A stretch of 64,000 nt of DNA from an uncultured delta proteobacterium. Its GTDB lineage: Bacteria; Myxococcota; Myxococcia; Myxococcales; Myxococcaceae. The notes under the pieces were generated by a model. It ran no database searches and had not been told where the DNA came from. It saw nothing but the letters and a program-made list of their open reading frames with translations. The position numbers and the translations under genes are program-made. The stretch lies in NCBI GenBank assembly GCA_963713045.1, contig CAVQKE010000007.1, positions 1-64,000 on the forward strand, in the 5' to 3' direction. This document shows, one piece after another, positions 37,260 to 47,224 of this stretch (its first letter is position 1; every line of letters starts with the position of its first letter).

Positions 37260-38078
37260 GTGAGAGACACTTCCGCTGAGAGGACGTATTCGCTGGCCGA
37301 CGCCGCGGCGCTGCTTGGCGTCACCGAGGCGCGGGTGCGGTCCTTCATCAGCGGTGGCCTTCTTCCCTCCCGCTCCCAGCCAGAGGGGCGTGCCTTCACC
37401 TTCCGCGACTTGGTGCTGCTGCGTTCCGCCAAAGGCCTGGCCGACCGCAACGTCGCCCCAAGGCGCATCCGCGCCGCACTCCAACGCCTCGGCACGCAGC
37501 TTCCCGCCGGGCAGAGTGTTTCCAGCATTTCCCTCGACGCCAAAGGGCAGCGGCTTCTGGCCCGAGACGGCGAGGCCACCTGGGAACCGGAAACAGGCCA
37601 GGGCGAGCTTGCGCTGGACGCTCCGGCGCCCCGCGCGGGCACGGTGCACCAGTTACCAACCCCCGCCGGGCCGGGGGTGGACGTCCGTTTTCAGCAGGCC
37701 TTGGCGCTGGAAGAAGTTGACCCCTCCAGCGCCGCCACGCTGTACGCGGACATTCTCCGCCAGGCGCCCACGCACGCCGATGCCCACGTCAACCTCGGCC
37801 GCCTCCACCACGGCGCCGGTCGACTCTCGGCCGCCGAGGCGCACTACCGCGCTGCACTGGCGGCCCAGCCGGGCGACGCGGTGGCTGCCTACAACCTGGC
37901 CGTCGCCCTGGACGACCAAGGGCGAAGCGCAGATGCGCTGGCCAGCTACCACCGTGCCCTTCAAGTGGACCCCGCCCTGGCCGACGCCCACTACAACCTG
38001 GCCCGGCTCCACGAAGGCCGGGGCGAGCGGATGCTGGCCCTCCGGCACCTGAAGGAATACCGCCGCCTGGCGAGCTGA
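37260..38078 (+). CDS. MerR-like HTH plus tetratricopeptide repeat protein
   Basis: N-terminal YSLADAAALLGVTEARVRS...FTFRDLVLLR resembles a MerR-type HTH. C-terminal TPRs: ADAHVNLGRL, AAYNLAVAL, ADAHYNLARL. In-frame GTG at 37260 is the likely start. Confidence 0.8.
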   Translation: MRDTSAERTYSLADAAALLGVTEARVRSFISGGLLPSRSQPEGRAFTFRDLVLLRSAKGLADRNVAPRRIRAALQRLGTQLPAGQSVSSISLDAKGQRLLARDGEATWEPETGQGELALDAPAPRAGTVHQLPTPAGPGVDVRFQQALALEEVDPSSAATLYADILRQAPTHADAHVNLGRLHHGAGRLSAAEAHYRAALAAQPGDAVAAYNLAVALDDQGRSADALASYHRALQVDPALADAHYNLARLHEGRGERMLALRHLKEYRRLAS

Positions 38079-38153
38079 AGCACAGGCTGGGGTTGCTTCC
38101 CGGCTTGTCCAACGGGGCCGGCGTGACTACCTCCCTTCCCTTGGAGGTGTCCC

Positions 38154-38639
38154 ATGCGTCCCTTTCTCATCTGCCTGTGCGCCAGCTTGACGTTGGCCTG
38201 CACAAAGGAACAATCCCGGCCGGCCAAGGAAGCTGTCGCCGAAGCCAAAGGCAGCGCGGCGGAGGCGGAGAAGGCAGCCCAACAGGCCGCGGCCGAGGCC
38301 GACCGCACCGTCAACAACGCGCGCGTGGCCGTCGAGCAGGGCGTCGCCACGGCGGAGGAAAAGACGCGTTCTGGCGTGGACGCCGTCGCCACCGGCGTGC
38401 GAGAGCTGGGTGAGGGCGGTGTGGTGACGGGACGGGTCAGCACCATCTCGCGTTCCCACCTCGCACTTCGTCCCGAAGGCAGGGGCCCAGGGGAGTTGCA
38501 GCTGGATGAACACACCCGCTTCCTGCTGCACGGCGAAGGCTTGGAAAAGCCGCACCTCGCCGGGACGCGGGTGCGTGCCACCTACGTCGTCGAGGCGCAC
38601 GTCCCGGTGGCCACCGAGGTGGAAGTCCTCACCCGGTAG
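38154..38639 (+). CDS. Hypothetical lipoprotein
   Basis: GGAGG RBS, signal peptide with LTLAC lipobox, Ala/Glu-rich helical region, small C-terminal beta domain. Confidence 0.7.
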   Translation: MRPFLICLCASLTLACTKEQSRPAKEAVAEAKGSAAEAEKAAQQAAAEADRTVNNARVAVEQGVATAEEKTRSGVDAVATGVRELGEGGVVTGRVSTISRSHLALRPEGRGPGELQLDEHTRFLLHGEGLEKPHLAGTRVRATYVVEAHVPVATEVEVLTR

Positions 38640-38698
38640 CACCGTCCCCAAAGGCTTTCCCTCGGCGCTGGGCCTCCGGTAGCGTCGGCGCGCCCGGC

Positions 38699-39765
38699 AT
38701 GAATCTCCCCGTCTCCCGCCCGTGTCCCCCATGCTGTCCAAGCTGGTGGCGGACATCCCTCCGGCGGGAGAGTCCTCTCGAACCAAAGTGGGACGGCTTT
38801 CGCACCATCGTCTTCCGGGATGGGGACACGCTGGAATTGGGCAGTCGAAATGAACGGCCCATGACGAGGTATTTCCCGGAGTTGCGGAATCCGCTTCTGG
38901 CGTCGCTTCCCAGCCGCTGCGTCGTCGACGGGGAAGTCGTCATTGCCGGTGCAAACGGCTTGGACTTTGACGCCCTTCTCCAGCGCATCCACCCTGCCGC
39001 CTCCCGAGTGGCCAAACTTGCGGCGGAGACGCCCGCTTCCTTCGTCGCCTTCGACTTGCTCGCCCTTGGCGACGAGGACCTCCGGCCAAAGCCCTTTGGC
39101 GAACGGCGCCGACGTTTGGAAGCGGCGCTGGCCGAGGCCAAGCCCCCCGTCCATCTCACCCCGGCCACCCAAGACCGCCAGGTGGCCGGGAGTGGTTTCG
39201 GCGCTTCGAGGGCGCCGGCCTGGACGGCGTCATGGTGAAGCCGCTTGGCCTTCCATACCTTGAAGGAAAGCGCGAAATGTTGAAGGTGAAGCACACCCGC
39301 ACCGCGGACTGCGTGGTGGGCGGCTTCCGCCTTTACAAGGACTACTCGGACGTCGGCTCGCTGTTGCTGGGGCTGTATGACGAGGCGGGGACGCTGCACC
39401 ATGTGGGCATTGCGTCTGGCTTTACCCAGGCCAAGCGAAAAGCCCTGGTGCAGGAGTTGGCGCCCTGGCGCGAAGGCGCCCGCGAAGGCCACCCCTGGCA
39501 GCACTGGGAAACGCTGGCCGGCGAGACGGAAGCCCGCATGCCTGGCGCCCCCAGCCGCTGGAATGCCAAGCGCGACTTGGGCTGGGAGGCTTTGCGGCCC
39601 GAGCGCGTGGCCGAAGTCAGTTACGACCACCTGCAAGGCGACCGCTTCCGGCACGCGACGCATTTTCTCCGCTGGCGCGAGGACCGCACTCCGCGCTCCT
39701 GCACCTACGCACAACTGGAGGCCGTGGTGCCGGAGGAGCTGTCCCGCCTCTTCGGGACAGCCTAG
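38699..39765 (+). CDS. ligC: ATP-dependent DNA ligase, LigC type (frameshifted)
   Basis: EPKWDGFR (KxDG), VVDGEVV, FVAFDLL, then KVKHTRTADCVVGGFR, GSLLLGLYD and LRPERVAEVSYDHLQGDRFRH. Frameshifts near 38730-38775 and ~39190. Confidence 0.88.
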
Positions 39766-39775
39766 CGCGCCGCAC

Positions 39776-40201
39776 ATGTCCGACGTTCAGCCCGTCCCCA
39801 GCCCTGGGCCCCTGCACCGCCTGGTCGCCCTGTGCCTCCAGGTGGGGCTGCTCTCCGTTGTGTTTGCTGGTTGGCTCGTCGTCGGGCGACACGTACGCCT
39901 TCCCCTTCCAGCGGGCCTCCTCGCAATGCTGACCGTCCTTGGCTTGCTGCTGTCTCGGGCTCTCCCTCAGTCCTTCGTCCAGCGAGGGGCGGCCTTTCTC
40001 TTGCGCTTCATTGCTTTGCTTTTCGTCCCAATCTGCATCGGCGCCGTCCGGCAGCTTCCGCTGTTGCGCGCCCAGGGCGGTACCTTCGTGCTTCTGGTGG
40101 TGGCCGGCGCGCTGGTGGGCCAAGCCAGCGCCGGACTCCTCGCCCAGGCGCTCTGCAAGAAGCCCTGCGTCACTCCCGCGCCCGAGGGCTTCGAGTCATG
40201 A
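39776..40201 (+). CDS. CidA/LrgA family holin-like membrane protein
   Basis: LPLPAGLLAMLTVLGLL and GAAFLLRFIALLFVPICIG motifs; four hydrophobic segments; ATGA overlap with the next gene. Confidence 0.85.
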   Translation: MSDVQPVPSPGPLHRLVALCLQVGLLSVVFAGWLVVGRHVRLPLPAGLLAMLTVLGLLLSRALPQSFVQRGAAFLLRFIALLFVPICIGAVRQLPLLRAQGGTFVLLVVAGALVGQASAGLLAQALCKKPCVTPAPEGFES

Positions 40202-40874
40202 ATTTCACCCTGACGGCGTTGGTGACGGCGGCCACGGTGGCGGCCTACCTGGCGGCGGAGCGCCTCTACCGAAGGGTCCAGGTGGTTGCCCTTCACCCGC
40301 TTCTCGTCACCTCTCTTCTGGGAGCTGCAGTCCTGGGCCCAAACCCGGACGCCCTCGCCAAGTACATGGAAGGCAGCTGGCTTTTGCAGTGGGCCCTGGG
40401 CCCGGCGACGGCGGCCCTGGCCGTTCCCTTCTTTGCCAGCCGCGCAGTGCTGGCCAGTAACCCGGCCAAGGTGTTGCTTAGCGTCGCCGCCGGGACGGCC
40501 GCTTCGGTGGGCACGGTGCTGGGCCTTGGTGCATTGCTTGGTGCGCCACCTCTGTTGGTGCGCGCCCTCACCATCAAGTCCGTCACCGCGCCGGTGGCCA
40601 TCTCCCTCGCCCCGGAATTGGGCGTGGACGCAGGACTGGTGGGCGCTGCCGTGGTGTCCACCGGCCTCTTCGGCATGGCGGTGGCCCCCCACTGCTTCGC
40701 CTCCTCGGCGTGCGCCGGCCACTGGCGCGCGGCCTGGCCCTCGGCACCATCGCCCACGCCATGGGGACGGCGCGCGCACTTGAAGAAGACGGCGCCGAAG
40801 GCGGCGCCGGCGGTGCCGTGGCGCTGGCGCTGGTGGCCATTCTCCTCTCCACTGCCGTGGCGCTGCTTCGCTGA
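40198..40874 (+). CDS. LrgB/CidB family membrane protein (frameshift ~40690)
   Basis: LGPATAALAVP and KSVTAPVAI; after the shift, GLALGTIAHAMGTARA. Confidence 0.85.
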
Positions 40875-40979
40875 TGGAGCCTTCAGGCCTCGGTGCTTCC
40901 GGGGCCACGTCACAAGGGGAACGGACGCGCTGAAAGCGCCCGCGCCCGGACGGCGTTCCCGGTAAACTGCTTCGCCTCT

Positions 40980-41717
40980 GTGGCCCCCCCAACTCGCTAC
41001 CGCCTGTACTACTGGCCGTCCATTCAAGGCAGAGGCGAATTCGTTCGCCTTGTGCTGGAGGATGCTGGCGCGCCCTATGTCGACGTGGCCCGTTTGTCGC
41101 CGCCCGCCGGTGGCGTTCCGGCACTCCTTCGGCTGCTTTTAGAAAAGCAGTCGGCGACCCCGCCCTTTGCCCCGCCCTTTCTGCAGGTAGGGCCGCTGCT
41201 GATTGCCCAAACGGCCAACATCCTCTTGTACCTCGCACCGCGCCTCGGCCTCATCGGCAAGGGCGAGCCCGGACGCCTCTTCGCGCACCAGCTGCAGCTG
41301 ACCATCGGCGACGTCGTCGCCGAAGTCCACGACACCCACCATCCCATCTCCAGCAGTCTCTACTACGCGCAGCAGCGCGGCGAGGCGCGCCGAGGCTCGG
41401 CCTACTTTCTCAGCGAGCGCATGCCGAAATTTCTGGGGTACTTCGAAAGGGTACTGGCGCAGAGCCCCAAGGGCAGTCACCTCGTGGCCCGTCGCTTCTC
41501 TTACGTGGAACTCTCTATGTTTCAGCTGCTGGTGGGCCTGGAATATGCGTTTCCACGCGCCTTCTCCAAGCGCGCGCGCTTCATCCCGAGGCTGCTGGCG
41601 CTGCGGGACAGGGTGGCGCAGCGTCCCCGCCTCGCCGCCTATCTCGCCTCACCCCGCCGCCTGCCCTTCAACGAAGAAGGCATCTTCCGGCACTACCCGG
41701 AATTGGACGGTGGCTGA
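40980..41717 (+). CDS. Glutathione S-transferase
   Basis: YRLYYWPSIQGRGEFVRLVLE, PFAPPFL, IAQTANIL and SPRRLPFNEEGIFRHYPELD. Confidence 0.88.
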   Translation: MAPPTRYRLYYWPSIQGRGEFVRLVLEDAGAPYVDVARLSPPAGGVPALLRLLLEKQSATPPFAPPFLQVGPLLIAQTANILLYLAPRLGLIGKGEPGRLFAHQLQLTIGDVVAEVHDTHHPISSSLYYAQQRGEARRGSAYFLSERMPKFLGYFERVLAQSPKGSHLVARRFSYVELSMFQLLVGLEYAFPRAFSKRARFIPRLLALRDRVAQRPRLAAYLASPRRLPFNEEGIFRHYPELDGG

Positions 41718-41903
41718 CCCCTTGGCAGGGGCGGTCTCTTCCAGTAACAGCCGCGCCCGCATGACTTGACAGTGCGCCGTAGCGGAAGGGCCAACTGCAG
41801 GCGCGCGAGGCCCACCTCCTCTCAAGCCCTGCGCGAAGCCAGCAGCTCACGCGGGGCCGCCAGGCCCGACAACTGCACCGCGGGTGGCGTGAGGCTAGGC
41901 AGC

Positions 41904-42923
41904 TTAAACCGGTGGCCCCTTCTTCCGCGCCCGGCTGGGTTGAACGCGCATCGGCTCGCCCGTCTGCTTGGGAAAGTGCGGGGGCCAAGGCGCATCCCCC
42001 AAGCCCTCCGCTTCATCTCGGGCCGCCAAGTCAAGCAGAGGCTCAAGCCCATACGCTGTCGCATCAATGCCTGCCGCCAAGTCACCCAACGCCGCCACGC
42101 GGGCCGGGACGGTGGCCAGCGTCAGCTCACCCGGCTCCACCGTCTCGACTTCTGGCCAGGCCAGCGGACAGCTGACCCGCCCTTCTGGGTTCGCCCGGAC
42201 GGAATACACCGAGGCGATGGTCCGGTCGCGTGCATTCTGGTTGTAGTCGATGAAGACGCGCGCCCCACGCTCTTCCTTCCACCATTTGCTGGTGGCGATG
42301 TCCGGCAGGCGACGCTCGACTGCGCGTGCCAAGGCCAGTGCGGCGCGACGGACGGCGAGAAAGTCCCACTCTGGTCGGATGCGGACGTAGACGTGAAGGC
42401 CTCGCGACCCTGACGTCTTGGGCCAGCCCTGTAGTCCCAACTCGGTCAGCAGTCGGCCCACTTCTACTGCCACCCGGCGCACGGCGGAGAAGGGCACGTC
42501 GGGCTGCGGGTCGAGGTCCACCCGCAACTCATCCGGGTGGTCGAGGTCCATTCGCCGAACGGCCCAGGGGTTGAAGTCCAGGCACCCCAAGTTGACTGCC
42601 CAGATGATGTGCGCCGCGTCCGTCGGACACAGCTCCTCGGCGCTTCGACCGCTGGGGAAATGCACCGTCACCGTCTCCAACCACTCCGGACGCGGAGACG
42701 GGACACGCTTCTGGTAGAAAAACTCGCCCCCGGCACCGTTGGGGTAACGCTTGAGGACCGTTGGGCGCTCCCGGACGCCGCGGAGAGCCCCCTCCCCCAC
42801 CGCTAGGTAGTACCGAACCAGGTCCAGTTTCGTCTCGCCGCGGGCAGCGAAGAAGACTTTGTCCGGATTCGAAATGCTGACCACTCGGCCGGCGACGTCG
42901 ATGTCGGTGTGCAGTGTGGCCAC
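41904..42923 (-). CDS. Stand-alone LigD-type primase-polymerase (Prim-PolC-like)
   Basis: ISNPDKVFF, TKLDLVRYY, FFYQKR, DELRVDLDP, KTSGSRGLH, WWKEERG, IDYNQNARDRTIASVYSVR and a C-terminal PWPPHFPKQTGEP tail. Confidence 0.9.
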   Translation of the reverse strand: MATLHTDIDVAGRVVSISNPDKVFFAARGETKLDLVRYYLAVGEGALRGVRERPTVLKRYPNGAGGEFFYQKRVPSPRPEWLETVTVHFPSGRSAEELCPTDAAHIIWAVNLGCLDFNPWAVRRMDLDHPDELRVDLDPQPDVPFSAVRRVAVEVGRLLTELGLQGWPKTSGSRGLHVYVRIRPEWDFLAVRRAALALARAVERRLPDIATSKWWKEERGARVFIDYNQNARDRTIASVYSVRANPEGRVSCPLAWPEVETVEPGELTLATVPARVAALGDLAAGIDATAYGLEPLLDLAARDEAEGLGDAPWPPHFPKQTGEPMRVQPSRARKKGPPV

Positions 42924-43020
42924 GCGCGCTCCCTCACTATGCTACTCGGGCCCTCTTGACTCCGGGGCCAGCACCTCTGAGGGACCCACCCAACCCTACC
43001 CTCTGGCCGGAACAGGGGAT

Positions 43021-43183
43021 GTCCCACCTCCCACGGGAGGTGAGACTGACGCCAGGCCAACCGCTCGGCCACCGGACGTCCAATAGGAGGTGGAAGCTGC
43101 CTCCGGTGGTGGACTTCGCAGCACTGAATCCCTCGAGATTGAGTCATACTGGGTAGCTGGATGACGTCCACCAAGCCCTTTTT
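43021..43183 (+). ncRNA. Candidate structured non-coding RNA or leader (unassigned family; strand uncertain)
   Basis: Hairpins at 43021-43046 and 43086-43104, a multibranch element closed by TGGTGGAC(43107-14)/GTCCACCA(43166-73), then a T5 run. Confidence 0.35.
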
Positions 43184-43394
43184 CGAGGCGAGCAAGACTG
43201 ACTCGAAACACTCTGGCGCGGCGGTTTCGCCATCGTCGCGACGCGCATACACTACGACTTTGCCGTGGCCGCTTTCCTGCAGCTCACCGCACTTTCGGCT
43301 CAACTCGAGGCCCCGCATCCGAGCGGCCGATTCCCGTCCCGTCACGTCTTCCAAGGGCGAGCGTAGCCGAACGTTCGAGTGGTCCTAGCCGCCC

Positions 43395-45416
43395 ATGGCC
43401 CCTGCAACCCGACTTGGCAAATACCAACTGCTGCGGAAGCTCGCGACCGGCGGCATGGCGGAGGTGTTTTTGGCCAAGACCGCTGGCCCGATGGGTTTCG
43501 AGAAGCAGCTGGTCATCAAGCGGATTCTTCCCCATCTGGCAGAGGACCCGCAATTCGTTCAGATGTTTCTGGGCGAAGCGAAGCTCGCCGCTCGCCTCAA
43601 CCATCCCAACCTGGTTCAGATTTTCGACTTCGGCGAATCCGACGGCAGCTACTTCATCGCGATGGAGTACATCGACGGGCCAACGCTGCGCCTGCTGCTG
43701 CAGCGCGCGCGTGAAAAGTCGCTGGCGATTCCGTTCGTGCTGGCTGCACGCATCGTCTCCGCCGCGGCCGAAGGCCTCGCCTATGCGCACGAATTCACCG
43801 ACGGGGCGACCGAGGAGCCCCTTCAACTGGTGCACCGGGACGTCAGCCCCGACAACATTCTCATCTCTCGCAACGGCTCGGTGAAAGTGGTGGACTTCGG
43901 CATCGCCAAGGCCAAGGGCGTCAGCCACCACACCCAGACCGGGACCATCAAAGGGAAAGTGGCTTACATGGCGCCCGAGCAGCTCAAGGGCGAGCCGCTC
44001 GACCTTCGTGTCGACTTGTACGGTCTTGGGGTGGTCCTCTACGAATTGGTCACCTTGGGAATGCCCTACGAGGCGGCGAGCGACGCCAGCCTCGTACGGA
44101 GGGTGCTTTATGAGCCCTATGTGCCGCCCGCCGAGCGCCGGCCCGAGCTCCCTCTCGCGCTGCAGCAAGTTCTCGCGAGGCTGCTGGCGAAGGACCGCGA
44201 GGAAAGGTACCGGGACTGCCGAACTCTCGAAGCGGACTTGGAACGGTACATCCACGCAACTGGCGAAACGTCGAGCGGCTACGCCTTGGCTCAGTTGGTG
44301 TCGCGGCTGGTGCCGACGGTGCCCGTCGGGGTGATTGCCGAGCCCGAAATGCCCATCTTTACGCCGTCAGCACTCAGTGCCTCCGAAGCCTCTCCGGCTG
44401 TGTTTGCAGTCGAGGCTGGCAACGTCGACGGAGAGGCCAAGACGGCCGTCGCCAGTGCCCGGCCAAAGCGAGGAGGGCCAGAAGGCTTTGTCTTCCCTGG
44501 AGCCCTCGAATCGGAGCGTGCCCCGGCCGGGCTGGCCCAACCGTTGGGTGGTGTTGACTTCGCGGGCACCGACTTACATGGCGCCGCGGCGAGGACCGAC
44601 CCAATTCGCCACGCTCCACGCAGCGGCTTCAATTGGCTCCTCGCCGTGGCACTCCTCGCCCTGGCGCTGGGCGGCACGTGGTTTGCCTGGCCTCGGCTTT
44701 CACCACTTCTCGGCCTCTCGCCGTTGGCCTCCCCGGTTGCCGTTGCGCCACCGGAAGCTCAGCCGCCACCTCCGCCGCCGCCTCCCGCGCCGACCCCGCC
44801 ACCTGCAGCAGTCCCTGTCGTCGCGGCGCCAGTGGCGGCGCCACCGGAACCGGCGCCGCTGCCGGCACCCCCCAAGCCAACTCCTCATGTCGCCGCTCCA
44901 GCGCCAAAGGCTAAGCGCGACACAGCGGTCTCCAGCAAACTGCTGGGAGCGTTTGCGGCAGCCGAAGCTCAGGCTTCGAAAGAGGAGGCCTCATCGGAAA
45001 CCGGTCCGGCTCGCATCCGCTTTGAGAGTCAGCCACGACTGCACGTGCGCCTTGGCGACCGCATTCTTGGGACAACGCCACTGGTGGTGACACTGCCGGC
45101 CCCTGGCTCCGCCGACGTTGAACTCTTTGATACCGGGCTCGGTCTGAGCCGGGTGGAGCATGTCGACCTCGAGGCTGGCGACAACCCACCGCGAAAGGTC
45201 ACCTTTGAAAAGGGCGCCATCGACTTCCAAGTGCAGCCCGGTATCACCGTCTACGTCGACGGCAAGAAGGTCGGCATCGCCCCCTTCGACAAGCCGGTGC
45301 CGCTGTATGAAGGCAAGCACCCGGTCCGACTCGTTCTGGATGGCCAGGAGGAGCGGCGGACGTTGACAGTCACGCCAAACGAGACGGAGACCCTCGAATT
45401 CACCTTTGAACGGTGA
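43395..45416 (+). CDS. Myxobacterial-type membrane Ser/Thr kinase with Pro-rich linker and C-terminal PEGA-like domains
   Basis: [71 protein letters not shown]...LYEGKH. Confidence 0.92.
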   Translation: MAPATRLGKYQLLRKLATGGMAEVFLAKTAGPMGFEKQLVIKRILPHLAEDPQFVQMFLGEAKLAARLNHPNLVQIFDFGESDGSYFIAMEYIDGPTLRLLLQRAREKSLAIPFVLAARIVSAAAEGLAYAHEFTDGATEEPLQLVHRDVSPDNILISRNGSVKVVDFGIAKAKGVSHHTQTGTIKGKVAYMAPEQLKGEPLDLRVDLYGLGVVLYELVTLGMPYEAASDASLVRRVLYEPYVPPAERRPELPLALQQVLARLLAKDREERYRDCRTLEADLERYIHATGETSSGYALAQLVSRLVPTVPVGVIAEPEMPIFTPSALSASEASPAVFAVEAGNVDGEAKTAVASARPKRGGPEGFVFPGALESERAPAGLAQPLGGVDFAGTDLHGAAARTDPIRHAPRSGFNWLLAVALLALALGGTWFAWPRLSPLLGLSPLASPVAVAPPEAQPPPPPPPPAPTPPPAAVPVVAAPVAAPPEPAPLPAPPKPTPHVAAPAPKAKRDTAVSSKLLGAFAAAEAQASKEEASSETGPARIRFESQPRLHVRLGDRILGTTPLVVTLPAPGSADVELFDTGLGLSRVEHVDLEAGDNPPRKVTFEKGAIDFQVQPGITVYVDGKKVGIAPFDKPVPLYEGKHPVRLVLDGQEERRTLTVTPNETETLEFTFER

Positions 45417-45520
45417 AAACGGCGCGCGTGCCGCCTCGGACCTTCTAGGCGCGGTGCTGCCTAGAATTGAGGAGTGGCACAGAAGGTGCCACCTTCTCCG
45501 TTCCCGGAAGGAAGAACCTC

Positions 45521-45982
45521 ATGTCCGAAGCGGGCACACCCAATTGGCGCACCGAAGGCGTTCAAATTGTCCGGGCAGGAACCCTCGACCCCAACACGGC
45601 ACAAACCCAAGGGATGACTCGCGCCGCCGCAATCACCAGGGCTCGGGTTGGGGCGGAGAAGCTGTGGGCAGGAACGGTGACCATCCAACCCACCGCGAAG
45701 ACGGGCGCCCACCACCACGGCAGTGTCGAGTCGGTCATTTACGTCCTGAAGGGAAAGGCCCGAATGCGCTGGGGCGAGCGGTTGGAATTTCTGGCGGAGG
45801 CCGGCCCTGGAGACTTCATTTACGTTCCACCCTACGTTCCCCACCAGGAAATCAACGCCTCCGATGACGTCCTGGAGTGTGTCCTCCTGCGGAGCGGTCA
45901 AGAGCCGGTCGTCGTGAACCTCGACATCACGCCCGTTGAGAAGCCGGAAGCCGTTCGGTGGGTGGACGACGTTCATCGCTGA
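45521..45982 (+). CDS. Cupin domain protein
   Basis: TGAHHHGSVESVIYV and GDFIYVPPYVPHQEIN cupin motifs; ATG at 45521. Confidence 0.88.
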   Translation: MSEAGTPNWRTEGVQIVRAGTLDPNTAQTQGMTRAAAITRARVGAEKLWAGTVTIQPTAKTGAHHHGSVESVIYVLKGKARMRWGERLEFLAEAGPGDFIYVPPYVPHQEINASDDVLECVLLRSGQEPVVVNLDITPVEKPEAVRWVDDVHR

Positions 45983-46009
45983 CCGTCGGATGATGACCGC
46001 CGCCGACGC

Positions 46010-46038
46010 TTGCGCCGCGCGACGTTTGTCGCTAGATG
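46010..46038 (+). promoter_or_regulatory. Possible sigma70-type promoter of the tRNA
   Basis: TTGCGC-17 nt-TAGATG, ending 10 nt upstream of the tRNA; the -10 match is weak. Confidence 0.3.
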
Positions 46039-46048
46039 CCCTAACCAC

Positions 46049-46122
46049 GCGCGATTAGCTCAGATGGATAGAGCGTCGGCCTCCGGAGCCGAAGGCCACT
46101 GGTTCGAGTCCAGTATCGCGCG
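46049..46122 (+). tRNA. tRNA-Arg(CCG), CCA not encoded
   Basis: Acceptor GCGCGAT/ATCGCGC, D arm GCTC-AGATGGATA-GAGC, anticodon arm TCGGC-CTCCGGA-GCCGA, T arm ACTGG-TTCGAGT-CCAGT. Confidence 0.97.
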
Positions 46123-46166
46123 CAATTACAAGTGGTCGCGCGACCGAGTCAGCTCCGCCGAGTCCT

Positions 46167-46192
46167 TGTCCACATTTCTGTCCACATTTCTG
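46167..46192. repeat. 12-bp tandem direct repeat (TGTCCACATTTC)x2 just 3' of the tRNA
   Basis: tgtccacatttc-tgtccacatttc-tg is seen directly. Confidence 0.8.
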
Positions 46193-46510
46193 GGACGAAG
46201 CGTCAGAGGTCGTACGGCATTCGGCTGACTGGGGCTCGCCGGAACGCGCGAGCGACGTCAATGGTTTGGCGGCTCTCGATGCGGGCCCATGAGTCTGCGC
46301 TCCACGTCCATTCCGTCTCGCGCCGTAGATCGGGACCGGACCCTCACGGACTGCGCGCATCAAGCAATCAGCGAGGTGTGTTAGCCCGAAGCTGTGTAGT
46401 CAGTCCGAGGCTGTTACGTCGGCGCCCCTGAGCATAGTGTCCATACCGACGGCTCCCGTATTCAGGCGAGGGGAAGCCCCCGGGCCGCCATCATGTGCGA
46501 GGGAGGAATC

Positions 46511-46957
46511 GTGGGAAACAAGACTGCCGAAGAGCGCAACATGGAGTTGATGCAGACGCTGGACGACGCATGGAACGCGCAGGACTTAGAGACGTTCTCC
46601 AAGCGCCACAGAACCGATGTCGTAGTCCGCTGGCCCGGAAAGGGGCCGACCAACGGTGTCGACGCTCACCGGATAGAGGCAATACAGTTCTTCAAGACCT
46701 TCCCGGATCAGCGTTTCGGGTAACAGACCCTACAAGACGTTCTTTGCCTCGGGCGATTGGTCCTGCTCAATCGCGCATTTCACCGGCACGATGAAAGGGC
46801 CCATGTCCGGACCTGCGGGCAAGGAGATCCCACCGACCGGCAAGAAGTTCGACGTCGACTTCTGCACAGTGGCCCACTGGGACAACAACGGACAAATCAT
46901 TGAGGAGAATCTTTTCTACGATTGATTACCTTCATGAAACAAATCGGCCTGGGGTGA
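46511..46957 (+). CDS. SnoaL-like ester cyclase family protein (frameshifted)
   Basis: GGAGG RBS plus GTG; LMQTLDDAWNAQD and FFKTFPDQ; after the shift, PYKTFFASGDWSCSIAHFTGTMKG...PTGKKFDVDFCTVAHW...EENLFYD. Confidence 0.8.
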
Positions 46958-47224
46958 GCAGGTAATTCGATGTTTGAGGATAAGGCCCTGGAAAATTGGC
47001 CAAAGCGCACGACTGGCGACGAAACGAGCGACGGGCTTCTCGGCGCCGCCTCTATCGTCTGCCTCGACGTTTCGGCGGCCGGCTCTGCACCGAGGACACG
47101 ACTCCGACTTTGACTAGTGTGCCCGGTGGGGCGACTCCGTCGCACGCGAGAGGCCGCTGGCCGGCGTCTGACGTCCGCGTGCTCCCGTTGGGACGGAGGA
47201 GGTCGCCGTGTAGGCTGTTCCGGC

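Noticed and set aside
43040..43080. Minus-strand GTGGCCGAGCGGTT resembling a tRNA-Ser/Leu D-arm
   Set aside because: No acceptor stem, anticodon arm or TTCGA T-loop in register.
44760..44900. Low-complexity CCG-rich tract
   Set aside because: An ordinary Pro/Ala linker of a myxobacterial-type kinase.
45500..45515. CCGGAAGGAAG resembling the SRP RNA domain IV core
   Set aside because: It lacks the flanking TCAGG and CAGC and the long stem; it is more likely the cupin RBS region.
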